Made by a program: the position numbers and the translations under genes. A stretch of 64,000 bases of DNA from a virus (lineage: Duplodnaviria; Caudoviricetes), in the IMG/VR virus record IMGVR_UViG_3300014826_000002, positions 25,182-89,181 of that record; one strand, 5' to 3'. The notes beneath the pieces are model-generated. The model did no database searches, was not told where the DNA came from, and saw nothing but the letters and a program-made list of their open reading frames with translations. The stretch's first letter is position 1; every line of letters starts with the position of its first letter. This document shows positions 49,388-58,511 of the stretch, in pieces.

Positions 49388-49549
49388 ATTTTAAGTCTCC
49401 ATTTCATAATACTTATGCTTAACTAAGATATAATTTAATTAAGGTACTGAAAATGGCTGAAAAAGTTAAATAAAGAGGGCTTTCCACCCTCTTTAAAGCC
49501 ATTTCATGTAAACTTTCATACTTATAATCTTATAATTTAATAATTAGAA

Positions 49550-50326
49550 CTAGCTTATACCGTCTTCAGTTATAGTTAATACTTGATTTGGCTTCTGCCC
49601 TACATCTATTTCTAAAATAATCTTCTTTAAAAGCTTTAAAGACGCAGCAGGAGTCTGGACTACCCAATAAATAAGGTCAAACTGATAGGCTTGAGAACAT
49701 AATGAACCTTTATGCTCTGTATCAAGCTTGTCTAAATCTATTTCTCTTATATTAGCGGCTCTACCCGCCACACTTTCGTAGAATTCATAGCCCCCGTTCT
49801 TAACATCTCCAAAAGTTATTACATGGTCATAATGAAAATTAATAAACCTGTCAAAATACATAGCTACTTTCTCAGTAGTATTATAAAGCTTATCCATATC
49901 ATTAGAAATAATTACCATATTAACAGGTACTGATACCATTCTAGTCTTAAACTGCGTTGGAGTACCATTTATATATTCAGTTCTGGTATATATGTGAGAC
50001 AATACGTTGGTTAATGTTCTTACTTGCTTTGTATTAAACATTATAGTAGCCCAAGGTTTACTCGTCTTCTCAAAAGGAGCTGCCGCTAACCTCTGGTGAA
50101 ATCTGAAATCAAATGAAAGGTTGGGATCATATAAGTACTTATAAATCCCATTACTCTTATTATTAGGTTTATTATCCATAAACTGTCTGGTGCCCGCAGC
50201 TATTTCTTTCTGCCCCTGAGAATCAGAAGCCGTAAAAGTAGCAAACTTCACATGACATTTATCCTCAATTTCATCGAATAACTGAGCTATAGCATTCTTA
50301 ATATAGGCATTTAAAGGTTTAGCCAT
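49550..50326 (-). CDS. Tail completion / sheath terminator (gp15-like)
   Basis: VPVNMVIIS...LYNTTEKVAMYF; upstream of the sheath gene. Confidence 0.6.
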   Translation of the reverse strand: MAKPLNAYIKNAIAQLFDEIEDKCHVKFATFTASDSQGQKEIAAGTRQFMDNKPNNKSNGIYKYLYDPNLSFDFRFHQRLAAAPFEKTSKPWATIMFNTKQVRTLTNVLSHIYTRTEYINGTPTQFKTRMVSVPVNMVIISNDMDKLYNTTEKVAMYFDRFINFHYDHVITFGDVKNGGYEFYESVAGRAANIREIDLDKLDTEHKGSLCSQAYQFDLIYWVVQTPAASLKLLKKIILEIDVGQKPNQVLTITEDGIS

Positions 50327-50958
50327 TATGCTTCCTTCCTAGCTGCTTTTCTAACTTCATCATTCTCTTTCTGAATATCTTTAACCATCTTGATAGCTAC
50401 GGGGTCTCCCATGAGTTCATTATTAGGGAGAACTCTCACGGCATTTAAAGAACCATCTTTCATCATACGAGCCATCTTCTTAGCATTTCTATCTAAGACC
50501 TTCTCTTTCCTCTTAGCTTGGAAATCTATAATATCTCCCTCTATAATAGTTAATATATCATTTAAGCAAGCTTCTGATACAGCTAATGATTTCTCTAGCT
50601 TATTTCTAAGGTACTGATTTATTTGAGCATTATCGTGGTCTGAGCCCGCCTTTAGTGTTTCTCTAGCTGTCTGAGGTTTCTTATTTATGAGCTTATCTTT
50701 AAAAGCTGCTACCTTCTTAGCAACCCTCTTCTTCATTAGCTCTGTGTTCTTATAAAGCTTATTCCTAGCCTTTAAACTCTTTAAATTCTCTTCTTCCTGC
50801 TTCTTATTATCCCCCTCTTTAGAAGCTTTCAAATAATCGTCCAAAGAGTTCTTCCAGTTCTCTTCCCTCTGACTATTTGAAGATTGCATTGTATCTAAAT
50901 TTAATTCATTAATGTATTCTTCTACTAAACTTAATATTTCTTCATAAATTTCTATCAT
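50326..50958 (-). CDS. Helical virion (possibly internal head) protein
   Basis: Repeated YEEILSLVEE / LNDILTIIEG motif; late operon. Confidence 0.55.
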   Translation of the reverse strand: MIEIYEEILSLVEEYINELNLDTMQSSNSQREENWKNSLDDYLKASKEGDNKKQEEENLKSLKARNKLYKNTELMKKRVAKKVAAFKDKLINKKPQTARETLKAGSDHDNAQINQYLRNKLEKSLAVSEACLNDILTIIEGDIIDFQAKRKEKVLDRNAKKMARMMKDGSLNAVRVLPNNELMGDPVAIKMVKDIQKENDEVRKAARKEA

Positions 50959-50963
50959 GTCTC

Positions 50964-51704
50964 TTAATCCTCATCTGGTATGTTCATCTTTATGGAAGTT
51001 CCTGAAGGTGAATTATCTGCTGGAGCTTCTATATTCTCTCCTGTAGTAACCTTCTTTGTGGTTGATTTCTTCTTGGTTGATGCAGCTTTCTTCTTGGTTG
51101 ACGGAGCTTTCTTCTTCGTCGTAGATTCTGTAGAACCTAAGGTAGCACCAAGCCCTCCGTCACCTTCTTCATTCTTCGGGCTATAATCTTCTGCCTCTAC
51201 TGTAGTCTCTTCTTGAAATTCTTCTTCCTCATCATTATCTTTAGCCAAAGGAGACAGATACATACGGAGCAACATCATACCATCAGCACCTGTTACTACA
51301 AGTTTCTTATCTACAAAGAACTTACTTATTGATTGACCCTGATGTACTACTACTTTAGTTGATATAGGAAGCTCTCTCTTCTTAGTAGTTTCTATGAAAG
51401 GTCTATCTATCTCATCTTCAGTATAGAAAGCGTCAAATTCAGCCTCCGAAGAATTCATGGCATCTTTCTTAACTAAGAATGGTATATAAAAGTAGGTTGA
51501 AACGTCTGGGTTATCGGAGTAGGATGGAGATTGATGAGGAGCAAATATCTTCATATCTCTATATTTAGTTAAATCTGTATGTGGTGGATATACAGGGAAA
51601 TATACATCACATGGAAGCCCAAATGTCCTTTCATACTGTGGAGTAAGCCTGTTACTTATGTAAACATACTTCCTATTAACTGTATTAACTACATCTTTAA
51701 CCAT
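50964..51704 (-). CDS. Head completion / neck (gp14-like) protein with acidic then Lys-rich tail
   Basis: RTFGLPCDVYFP; structural cluster; TKKK repeats at the C-terminus. Confidence 0.5.
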   Translation of the reverse strand: MVKDVVNTVNRKYVYISNRLTPQYERTFGLPCDVYFPVYPPHTDLTKYRDMKIFAPHQSPSYSDNPDVSTYFYIPFLVKKDAMNSSEAEFDAFYTEDEIDRPFIETTKKRELPISTKVVVHQGQSISKFFVDKKLVVTGADGMMLLRMYLSPLAKDNDEEEEFQEETTVEAEDYSPKNEEGDGGLGATLGSTESTTKKKAPSTKKKAASTKKKSTTKKVTTGENIEAPADNSPSGTSIKMNIPDED

Positions 51705-51846
51705 ACTTTAGAATTTAATGCGAAGTTATGCTATATCAGAAATGTTAAGAAATGTAAAAACCGTTTTTTTTTTCATCATTAAATTCTGAAATTAGAATAC
51801 GTAAATTACTAAAAATTATGACGTAAATACAGTTAGCGGGGTAGAA

Positions 51847-52503
51847 ATGAGCGAGGATATAAACGTAGGGGCTATAACAGAAGCATTGAATAATAAAGCT
51901 GACAGAGATTTGGTGAACATTACTACAAATTCAAGTAATAAGCTTGAAAATATTTATAAGAATGCAGATATTACTGTTGGAACTCTCCCTTCATCTAATA
52001 CATTTAATTCTGTAAAATTTATAGATTCACAGAATAATACTATTGCACGTTTACAATTAGAATATATAGAACTCGATGATGTTTCTCGCTCAGGTGCAGT
52101 CCTGATTGCTAATAACAATTTAAGTTCAGATACACAGGCTTACTTTGGCGTTTATGCTCGTAATAATGGCAATAATGAAGTTATAGCGGATGCACAGACA
52201 AAAGCAACATTAACATCATATGCTTTTCCTTCTTTAACAAAAAGAACAGCAATAACTGTTGGGGCAAGTGGGACTCGATATAATGCCCCAGCAGATGGCT
52301 TTATCTGGCTAGTTGCTGATTGTGGCACAAATACAAGCTATATGAATATAAGGCAAGCAATGTGGATAGACCAAAGAGTATATCAATTAAGCTACAAGTC
52401 AGTTTATATAATGGCTCCTGTAACTAAAGGAACTTATTGTATAGATTATGGAAATATAACTTTTACTCAAGCGTACTTTATTTACGCACAAGGAGAGGCA
52501 TAG
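51847..52503 (+). CDS. Short tail-fibre / receptor-binding tip-like protein
   Basis: DINVGAITEALNNKAD N-terminus; YAFPS...GASGTRYNAPADG C-terminal fibre-tip pattern; late motif ATTAAATT at 51778 on the same strand. Confidence 0.65.
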   Translation: MSEDINVGAITEALNNKADRDLVNITTNSSNKLENIYKNADITVGTLPSSNTFNSVKFIDSQNNTIARLQLEYIELDDVSRSGAVLIANNNLSSDTQAYFGVYARNNGNNEVIADAQTKATLTSYAFPSLTKRTAITVGASGTRYNAPADGFIWLVADCGTNTSYMNIRQAMWIDQRVYQLSYKSVYIMAPVTKGTYCIDYGNITFTQAYFIYAQGEA

Positions 52504-52513
52504 GAGAAAAATA

Positions 52514-52822
52514 ATGTTTGTAGGCTATCAAAATAACAAAATAAAATTTTATACAGAAGAACCTCTTAACAAAGATTTCTACCCTGTAGATAAATGGGAA
52601 GAAACAGAAGATGTTTATATACTTTGTGGAGATGAGTACGTATTAGAAACATCTGAAAAGTATACTGAGTATAAAAAAGAACAACGTAAAAAAGAAATAC
52701 TTACCCTTTTAGATGAACTTGACCTTAAATCTATTAGAGCAATAAGGGCTAATGATATAGAATATATTGAAAAGTACGAACAACAAGCAAAAGAATTAAG
52801 AGAAGAATTAAAAACACTGTAA
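52514..52822 (+). CDS. Tail-fibre assembly chaperone-like protein
   Basis: Follows the fibre gene; C-terminal LDELDLKSIRAIR...LREEL. Confidence 0.6.
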   Translation: MFVGYQNNKIKFYTEEPLNKDFYPVDKWEETEDVYILCGDEYVLETSEKYTEYKKEQRKKEILTLLDELDLKSIRAIRANDIEYIEKYEQQAKELREELKTL

Positions 52823-52824
52823 CT

Positions 52825-53067
52825 CTACTTATACAAAGACGTAAATTCCTCATCTTGTATAATAGCCATGTCTCCCACTATTTGAAAGAATAATATCTTA
52901 GATAAAGAGTAGTGGATACCATCTGTCGTCTTAATAAAAATTATATTTCCATACCTATTGTCTGGGTCAAAGTTGATTCCAGCACAATCTTTCCTTGGAG
53001 TATATTTGGTAAATAGTTCACGCACGTCTATTATATCGAACATGCTTAAATAATAGCACACTTCCAT
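52825..53067 (-). CDS. Hypothetical protein
   Basis: Short ORF; the true start may be the internal Met. Confidence 0.45.
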   Translation of the reverse strand: MEVCYYLSMFDIIDVRELFTKYTPRKDCAGINFDPDNRYGNIIFIKTTDGIHYSLSKILFFQIVGDMAIIQDEEFTSLYK

Positions 53068-53123
53068 AAACTTGACAAGGTTAATAAAAAGTTATATTAT
53101 ATACATGTAGAATTTCCTATAGC

Positions 53124-53741
53124 ATGTACTATAGGCGAAAGCGGAAAAAGAAAGAAGGTTTAAAAATGTTAATTGAACAAACTGTGTTCAACTTCCATGA
53201 AGTTGGCGAAAAGTCATTTGAAGAAATCAAAGATGAATGTCTTGTAAGTTTTGCTGTAAACCTTAAGATAGCTCTTACAAGTAGTGACGAGCACATTAGA
53301 AACTTTTGGGCTGACAGTCATGTCTGTAACGATGGGCAAACTAGAGAAGGTTCCATTGCTAACTATAAAGTCTTTCAAGACAACTTTGGTTCTAAAATCA
53401 AGTATAACTCAAAAAGTATAGTCTTTGAAGAAACTTTATACAACTACCCAGACGGACCTTGGAGCCCTAAAAGAACTTGTATGGAAGTCTATGGTCTTGA
53501 ATATATAGAACCTACAAATGAAACAAGCGGCTATTACAGATACAGAAAAGATGGGCTTAAAAGAACTTGTGATACTTGTTGCACAGAATATGCAGGTGAA
53601 CTTGAAGACGTTACAAGAGAAAGTGAAGAAAGGTTACGACACTTTGACGTTGCCTTTAGCATGGGAGAGTTCCCATTTATCACAATAACAATTATAAGAT
53701 TAGGAAATAAAGACCACTACTTCTATACAATTCATAGATAA
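53124..53741 (+). CDS. Hypothetical protein
   Basis: TTGACA-N17-TATTAT upstream; likely start MLIEQ after AGAAGG. Confidence 0.7.
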   Translation: MYYRRKRKKKEGLKMLIEQTVFNFHEVGEKSFEEIKDECLVSFAVNLKIALTSSDEHIRNFWADSHVCNDGQTREGSIANYKVFQDNFGSKIKYNSKSIVFEETLYNYPDGPWSPKRTCMEVYGLEYIEPTNETSGYYRYRKDGLKRTCDTCCTEYAGELEDVTRESEERLRHFDVAFSMGEFPFITITIIRLGNKDHYFYTIHR

Positions 53742-53764
53742 ATATATATATGCCGATAATCCTC

Positions 53765-53803
53765 AAAAAATGCCCTTACAATATAAGTAAGGGCTTCTTC
53801 TTT
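53765..53803. terminator. Bidirectional terminator between convergent genes
   Basis: gcccttac-N7-gtaagggc flanked by A and T tracts. Confidence 0.75.
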
Positions 53804-53820
53804 ACTACCACTATTCTTCT

Positions 53821-54159
53821 TTAATTCTTTAGTATAGCATTACAAAGAGCAGCTATGTTTATCATGGTTTCTTCAATATTAGTAAAATTATTACTTCTTA
53901 ATTTCTTGTATTTATACTTCATCATGGCATTGCTCTGCTTACCCATGCTCTCTTTCTTATACTCTTCAGTTATCTTGACTTCTGTATGAGGAGCCCTTTT
54001 CTCACCTCTACCATTGCCTCTAGCCTTAGTTCTCTTGGTGAAAGGAGTAACTCTACCTACCACATCTATTGGATATGGAGCCATGACTGAAGTAGTCGTA
54101 TTTAACATTTCTTCTATACCAGCTATTAAAGCTTCATACAATCTTTCTAAATTATCCAT
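53821..54159 (-). CDS. Small basic late protein
   Basis: Late motif directly upstream; LYEALIAGIEE N-terminus. Confidence 0.65.
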   Translation of the reverse strand: MDNLERLYEALIAGIEEMLNTTTSVMAPYPIDVVGRVTPFTKRTKARGNGRGEKRAPHTEVKITEEYKKESMGKQSNAMMKYKYKKLRSNNFTNIEETMINIAALCNAILKN

Positions 54160-54187
54160 ACTTTATAATTTAATTAAAACAAGAATA

Positions 54188-54397
54188 TTAATAGCCACAT
54201 TCCCTGTCAGCCCTATTCTTCGTAGGGCAAGTCTGATACGTTCCCCTAAAATTACATAATTCTCCAACTAAATTGCACACAGCACCCCTTAAGTTAGGGC
54301 ACTTTCTCATAAACTCAGTATCTGGCATATACCCACATTTACTGCATTTCAACGAGTTTATAGGTAGCTGCGCGCCACAATTAAAACAAGTTCTCAT
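54188..54397 (-). CDS. Double zinc-ribbon small protein
   Basis: CFNCG, CSKCG and additional Cys residues. Confidence 0.7.
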   Translation of the reverse strand: MRTCFNCGAQLPINSLKCSKCGYMPDTEFMRKCPNLRGAVCNLVGELCNFRGTYQTCPTKNRADRECGY

Positions 54398-55336
54398 TTA
54401 CTTCGGTCTCCTTTGAACCCACTTACCAGCTTTCCATTCATGTGTCTTCGAATCCCATCCGCCTTTCTTAAATCCGGCCAAAGTTCCGTAGCCTATACTT
54501 CCTCTGTTCATTGATCTCTGCATATTTTTAGCATTATGATCTGTCTGGTACTTCTTGAGTAGTCTGTTATACTCATCTTGAGATAACCTATCTTTCTTCT
54601 TAAATCTGCTAAAGTCAGCCTTGAAATAAGATTTCAAAACCCCGTTAGAATCTTGTACTACTCCTCTGTCCATGAGCATGGATAGTAAAAGCATTAAATG
54701 CTTGCACATTCCCGGATTTCTACCGGGATTCCTTAAAGGTTGATTCTTTCTAAAGGCCTCAAATCCCTTCTTTGTCTTAGGAACGTATCGGTCTGGATAC
54801 TTACCCCATATATCTACGCCATTCTCTACATTATAAAATTGAAATGTCCAATAATAATCTGAACAGCTGCACCACACTCGTATATCACTATCTTCAGGTA
54901 TATTATCTTCTATTACATTATATCCTTCCCCGTCAGATGTAGCAAATATTGTGCTATTCTCAAAAAACCTAATTTGGTTCTCTACAGCCATCTTTAAAAT
55001 ATCAGAAGCTGGAAATTCTTCTGCATCAGAGTACTCCTTAAACCTAAACCTAATAATTGAAACTAATTGGTCTGCCGTATAAAAAGTATGCTTAACTCCT
55101 CTTATAGATATCATAACCTTATGAGCAGCTACAGGACGAGACCCTACCCTAGAAGTTCTTATCATGTCAGACAAAGCTCCTATCATCATAGTAACTTCTA
55201 CAATGGAACTTCCTTTCCTAGTCTTAACCGTTTGGTTGTATGCATAGATAGTCCCGAACTTCTTACTTGTAAATACTGTTCCTTGGTCCCTGTTCTTAAC
55301 ACTATTCGTACTTTGAATTAACTGAGATATATTCAT
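54398..55336 (-). CDS. SWIM zinc-finger protein
   Basis: WCSCSDY...MCKHL (CxC...CxH). Confidence 0.75.
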   Translation of the reverse strand: MNISQLIQSTNSVKNRDQGTVFTSKKFGTIYAYNQTVKTRKGSSIVEVTMMIGALSDMIRTSRVGSRPVAAHKVMISIRGVKHTFYTADQLVSIIRFRFKEYSDAEEFPASDILKMAVENQIRFFENSTIFATSDGEGYNVIEDNIPEDSDIRVWCSCSDYYWTFQFYNVENGVDIWGKYPDRYVPKTKKGFEAFRKNQPLRNPGRNPGMCKHLMLLLSMLMDRGVVQDSNGVLKSYFKADFSRFKKKDRLSQDEYNRLLKKYQTDHNAKNMQRSMNRGSIGYGTLAGFKKGGWDSKTHEWKAGKWVQRRPK

Positions 55337-55397
55337 ACTTTAAAATTTAATCCCAATATAATTATAAGGTATATCCATAAATGTGTCAAATACAAAA

Positions 55398-56366
55398 CTA
55401 CATTGGAGCCATATCAGCAAAGCTTATTGAAGCTCTGAGAATTTCTCTAATTTCCTTCTTCAAATCAGCAACACGAGTTCTTAAATCGTCAGTTGTTAAA
55501 TCAACGTTATGTAATTTCTCTTGTGTAGCTTGAGCACGTAAGCTTGCCAATGCTTCCAAAATCTTACTTGCAAATATCTTCGTAAACAAATAATTACCTA
55601 AATCTAATTCCTTAACTACAGAATACTTAGGATAATAATTCAATACTATAGGGGAAATAGAAGTATCAGCTAAGTCTAAATGTACCTCTCTGGTCTTAAG
55701 GTTAACTGTGCCACTTCCTAAAGAACCTTTCAATATAGCTTCTGAAACAACTTCCCCATCTATATTCTTCTCATTAACGTAACCTGTAGGTTTCATGGAT
55801 AATATCTGAGGAACCATCTCGCCTGTGTCTGGATCTTCTGCAACTACATTCTTTTGAAAAGTTAAAGTCTTACTTGCAAAATACGTAGGCAACGTCATAT
55901 CATACTCATCTGTTTCATAAGGAATGTCTATAACTTTCTCTATCAGCACGTTAGTGGTAGGAGAAAACCTTTGAGTATATGTAAGTCTTAAAGGCGTTAC
56001 AGGAGGCCATACACGACACGTTAAAGTAGTAATATCAAATTCTACCATTTGCTCGCCAAACTTAGGCATGTAATATCTAGGCATTTGGTTGGGAAGAACA
56101 CCGTATCGAGCTATCCTGCAAGAAGTAGTACCTTCAGGCATTCTAATGAAACCACTGTTACCTTCTGTATCTGTGTAATCAAAATTATTAATTACAGTAG
56201 TCTTCTTCATGGGTCTTCTTTCACTGTATTCAGCTAATGACTTCTTAAATAGTAAATCTATCTTCTTCATGGGTAAGTCTAGAGTCTCTATCAAAAAGTC
56301 TAATCCCATAAGGGTCTGACCTTCTTCAGCTATTACTGCATCTAATAATTCTTCTAAATATATCAC
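55398..56366 (-). CDS. Neck/adaptor (gp13-like) structural protein candidate
   Basis: Structural cluster; C-terminal helical YLFTKIFASKILEAL...DLRTRV. Confidence 0.5.
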   Translation of the reverse strand: MIYLEELLDAVIAEEGQTLMGLDFLIETLDLPMKKIDLLFKKSLAEYSERRPMKKTTVINNFDYTDTEGNSGFIRMPEGTTSCRIARYGVLPNQMPRYYMPKFGEQMVEFDITTLTCRVWPPVTPLRLTYTQRFSPTTNVLIEKVIDIPYETDEYDMTLPTYFASKTLTFQKNVVAEDPDTGEMVPQILSMKPTGYVNEKNIDGEVVSEAILKGSLGSGTVNLKTREVHLDLADTSISPIVLNYYPKYSVVKELDLGNYLFTKIFASKILEALASLRAQATQEKLHNVDLTTDDLRTRVADLKKEIREILRASISFADMAPM

Positions 56367-56452
56367 TTTATATTCCTACTTTATTATATAACTTCATAAT
56401 AAAATTTAATTAAATAAGGGAGGCTTGTATGTTTAACCTCCCTCTTGTTATA

Positions 56453-57019
56453 TTACGCTTTCTTTGTTGATTTCTTTACTGACTTCTTAGCCGTTGATTT
56501 CTTAGTTGCTTTCTTAGCTGTTGACTTCTTAGCCGTTGATTTCTTAGCTACAGGTTTCTTAGGTTCTGTATCTGTGTCGGTATCAGTGTCTGCGTCTGTA
56601 TCTGTGTCTGTGTCGGTATCTGTATCAGTATCTGTGTCTGTATCAGTATCTGTGTCTGTGTCGGTATCAGTGTCTGCGTCAGCATTCTTAGTACCTATTT
56701 CATCTTCGATTTGAGCTAACATGTCATCAATAAAGTTCTCATTATCTAATTCAACTTTATTTACTTCTTCTACAGGAGCTGCTTCCTCAAAAGCTTTCTT
56801 TGTAACTTCGATATTCTTCTTAATGCTTGGTTTAGTCTTAGCTATTTCTTCAACTAATTCTTGAGAAATAATGTCAATTCTTTGACCATAGCAATCCCTA
56901 AGTTCTTTCGCAGATACCTTGGTCTCATCTACGTAAGACACTGTTTCAGCTTTAAGAACAACCAGCGTAGCTCCCTTTCTATACTTAAAATCTACTTTTT
57001 CCTTGTTTCTTACAAACAT
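56453..57019 (-). CDS. Protein with (Asp-Thr)n repeat and histone-like AKKST tail
   Basis: 19 D-[T/A] dipeptides followed by KKPVAKKSTAKKSTAKKATKKSTAKK. Confidence 0.8.
   Translation of the reverse strand: MFVRNKEKVDFKYRKGATLVVLKAETVSYVDETKVSAKELRDCYGQRIDIISQELVEEIAKTKPSIKKNIEVTKKAFEEAAPVEEVNKVELDNENFIDDMLAQIEDEIGTKNADADTDTDTDTDTDTDTDTDTDTDTDTDTDADTDTDTDTEPKKPVAKKSTAKKSTAKKATKKSTAKKSVKKSTKKA
56567..56680. repeat. Coding hexamer tandem repeat (19 units)
   Basis: Units tgtatc/tgtgtc/ggtatc/agtatc/agtgtc/tgcgtc; variation is mostly synonymous. Confidence 0.95.
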
Positions 57020-57038
57020 CTTAAAAATTCCTTTCTTC

Positions 57039-57320
57039 TTAGTTATTAATATATTCTTCTAAAGCTTTACTTAATTGAGCGGGACAACTAGTAGGCTTAG
57101 CTCCACACTTAACATCCTGAAGCATATTCTTAACACTTTCTACGCTTCTTCCCTCAATAGCTAAAGATAAACCTACAGCATTTCCCGGACAGCCTCCCAT
57201 AAATATAACTTTCTTAATTAAGTTATCTTTCTTATCAGATCCATCTTCTTCTGAAATAATAACCTTAATATACTTACTACATACGCCTTCTGGCTTATAC
57301 ATAATCTCTTTCTCTTGCAT
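57039..57320 (-). CDS. TIGR03905-like TSCPD domain protein
   Basis: P.GVCS...F.GGCPGN...L...EG...V.CG.KPTSCPAQLSKAL. Confidence 0.88.
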   Translation of the reverse strand: MQEKEIMYKPEGVCSKYIKVIISEEDGSDKKDNLIKKVIFMGGCPGNAVGLSLAIEGRSVESVKNMLQDVKCGAKPTSCPAQLSKALEEYINN

Positions 57321-57347
57321 ATTTAATTCTCCATTCTAATTTAAAAT

Positions 57348-58511
57348 CTAATTCTTACTATTCTTTAAAAGTCTCTTCATATTATCAAGATATATAGCTT
57401 TCTCGTTTCCTATATTTCCTAATCTAAACTTATAATAATCAGCATTAAATAACAAATCTCTATGTATTAAATAACCAAATACTACAAAGTTCAAAGCCTT
57501 TAACTTCATGTCTTCATTCATCTGACATGTATCCCTAAAAGGACTATCTCCGAATATCTTAGCTTCTCTTCCAAGTAATATGGCTTCTAATCCTACAGAT
57601 GAGTTCAAACAATATATCTTATTACACTTATTAATAAAATCCTGAGCGTTCCCTTTAGTTATATCATCTATAACTAATCTGCTATCTATAGGTTTCATTA
57701 TATATCCAGCTGCTGGATGAGGTCTAACAAGCACCTTACCTGTAGAATCTGCTTCAGCTCCTAATATAGGGTCTACCCAATGCCTACCCTCATTAAATAG
57801 TAACAGGTTGGTATCTACTTCTACTTGTAGCCCTACTCCTATCTCGTATTCCCTATTCTTATTATCCAGAATCTTATATAATTTCTGCCAATAATTAGGG
57901 GATAGGACTCTTATAAGCTCCTTACGAGTTAAAATAGGAACTTCATCTGCTATGTTTAAAAATCTCTCAAACCTTCGGTTAAACTCAGTATTGCCATTAA
58001 CACCTTGAAAATCCAAGTATATTGTAGGTATATAAACAGTAGGTCTAAAAGGTCCCATCTCATGGTGGAAAGTCTTCAATCCGAATTCAGCAAGTGTATC
58101 TCTAAAGCACTCATTATTAACCCAAGTAACACCAGCTTCTATCTTTCTACTCTTTATAACTTCCTCTATAGTGGATTTCAGTTCAGGTATATGTCGTTCT
58201 ACAGTTTCCCTAAGCAGCTCTGAAGGTACTAAGTCGTGACCATCATATGCTTCCTTTAAGTATACTTCAGGTTTCTCTACCAAGGTGTAATTATCAGGTT
58301 TCAGCCTGCTTATTACATCTGTATATTTACCCCAATGGTTCTCTACCCACTTAACTTCCCATCTTTCTCCGATATTATACTTCTGTAAGTAATCCTTATT
58401 CAGAATAAAATGAGCATCTAAGTTCTTACCTAATACTTCATACATAACGCTTAAGTACTGAGCTTTACATTGCCTTATATTATAATGATTCAAATAAACT
58501 AAAAAAGTCAT
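57348..58511 (-). CDS. KpsS/KpsC/WbbB-like (GT107/GT99) beta-Kdo-transferase family glycosyltransferase
   Basis: LQVEVDTN (QxxxD), VRPHP (HP), NSSVGLEAILLG. Confidence 0.78.
   Translation of the reverse strand: MTFLVYLNHYNIRQCKAQYLSVMYEVLGKNLDAHFILNKDYLQKYNIGERWEVKWVENHWGKYTDVISRLKPDNYTLVEKPEVYLKEAYDGHDLVPSELLRETVERHIPELKSTIEEVIKSRKIEAGVTWVNNECFRDTLAEFGLKTFHHEMGPFRPTVYIPTIYLDFQGVNGNTEFNRRFERFLNIADEVPILTRKELIRVLSPNYWQKLYKILDNKNREYEIGVGLQVEVDTNLLLFNEGRHWVDPILGAEADSTGKVLVRPHPAAGYIMKPIDSRLVIDDITKGNAQDFINKCNKIYCLNSSVGLEAILLGREAKIFGDSPFRDTCQMNEDMKLKALNFVVFGYLIHRDLLFNADYYKFRLGNIGNEKAIYLDNMKRLLKNSKN

Noticed and set aside
51710-52830. Invertible tail-fibre shufflon
   Set aside because: No flanking inverted recombination sites or invertase, and the cassette has its own start and promoter.
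56445-56714. Plus-strand (SV)n ORF and other antisense ORFs such as 62855-63517
   Set aside because: Shadow frames of low-complexity minus-strand genes with no RBS or promoter support.
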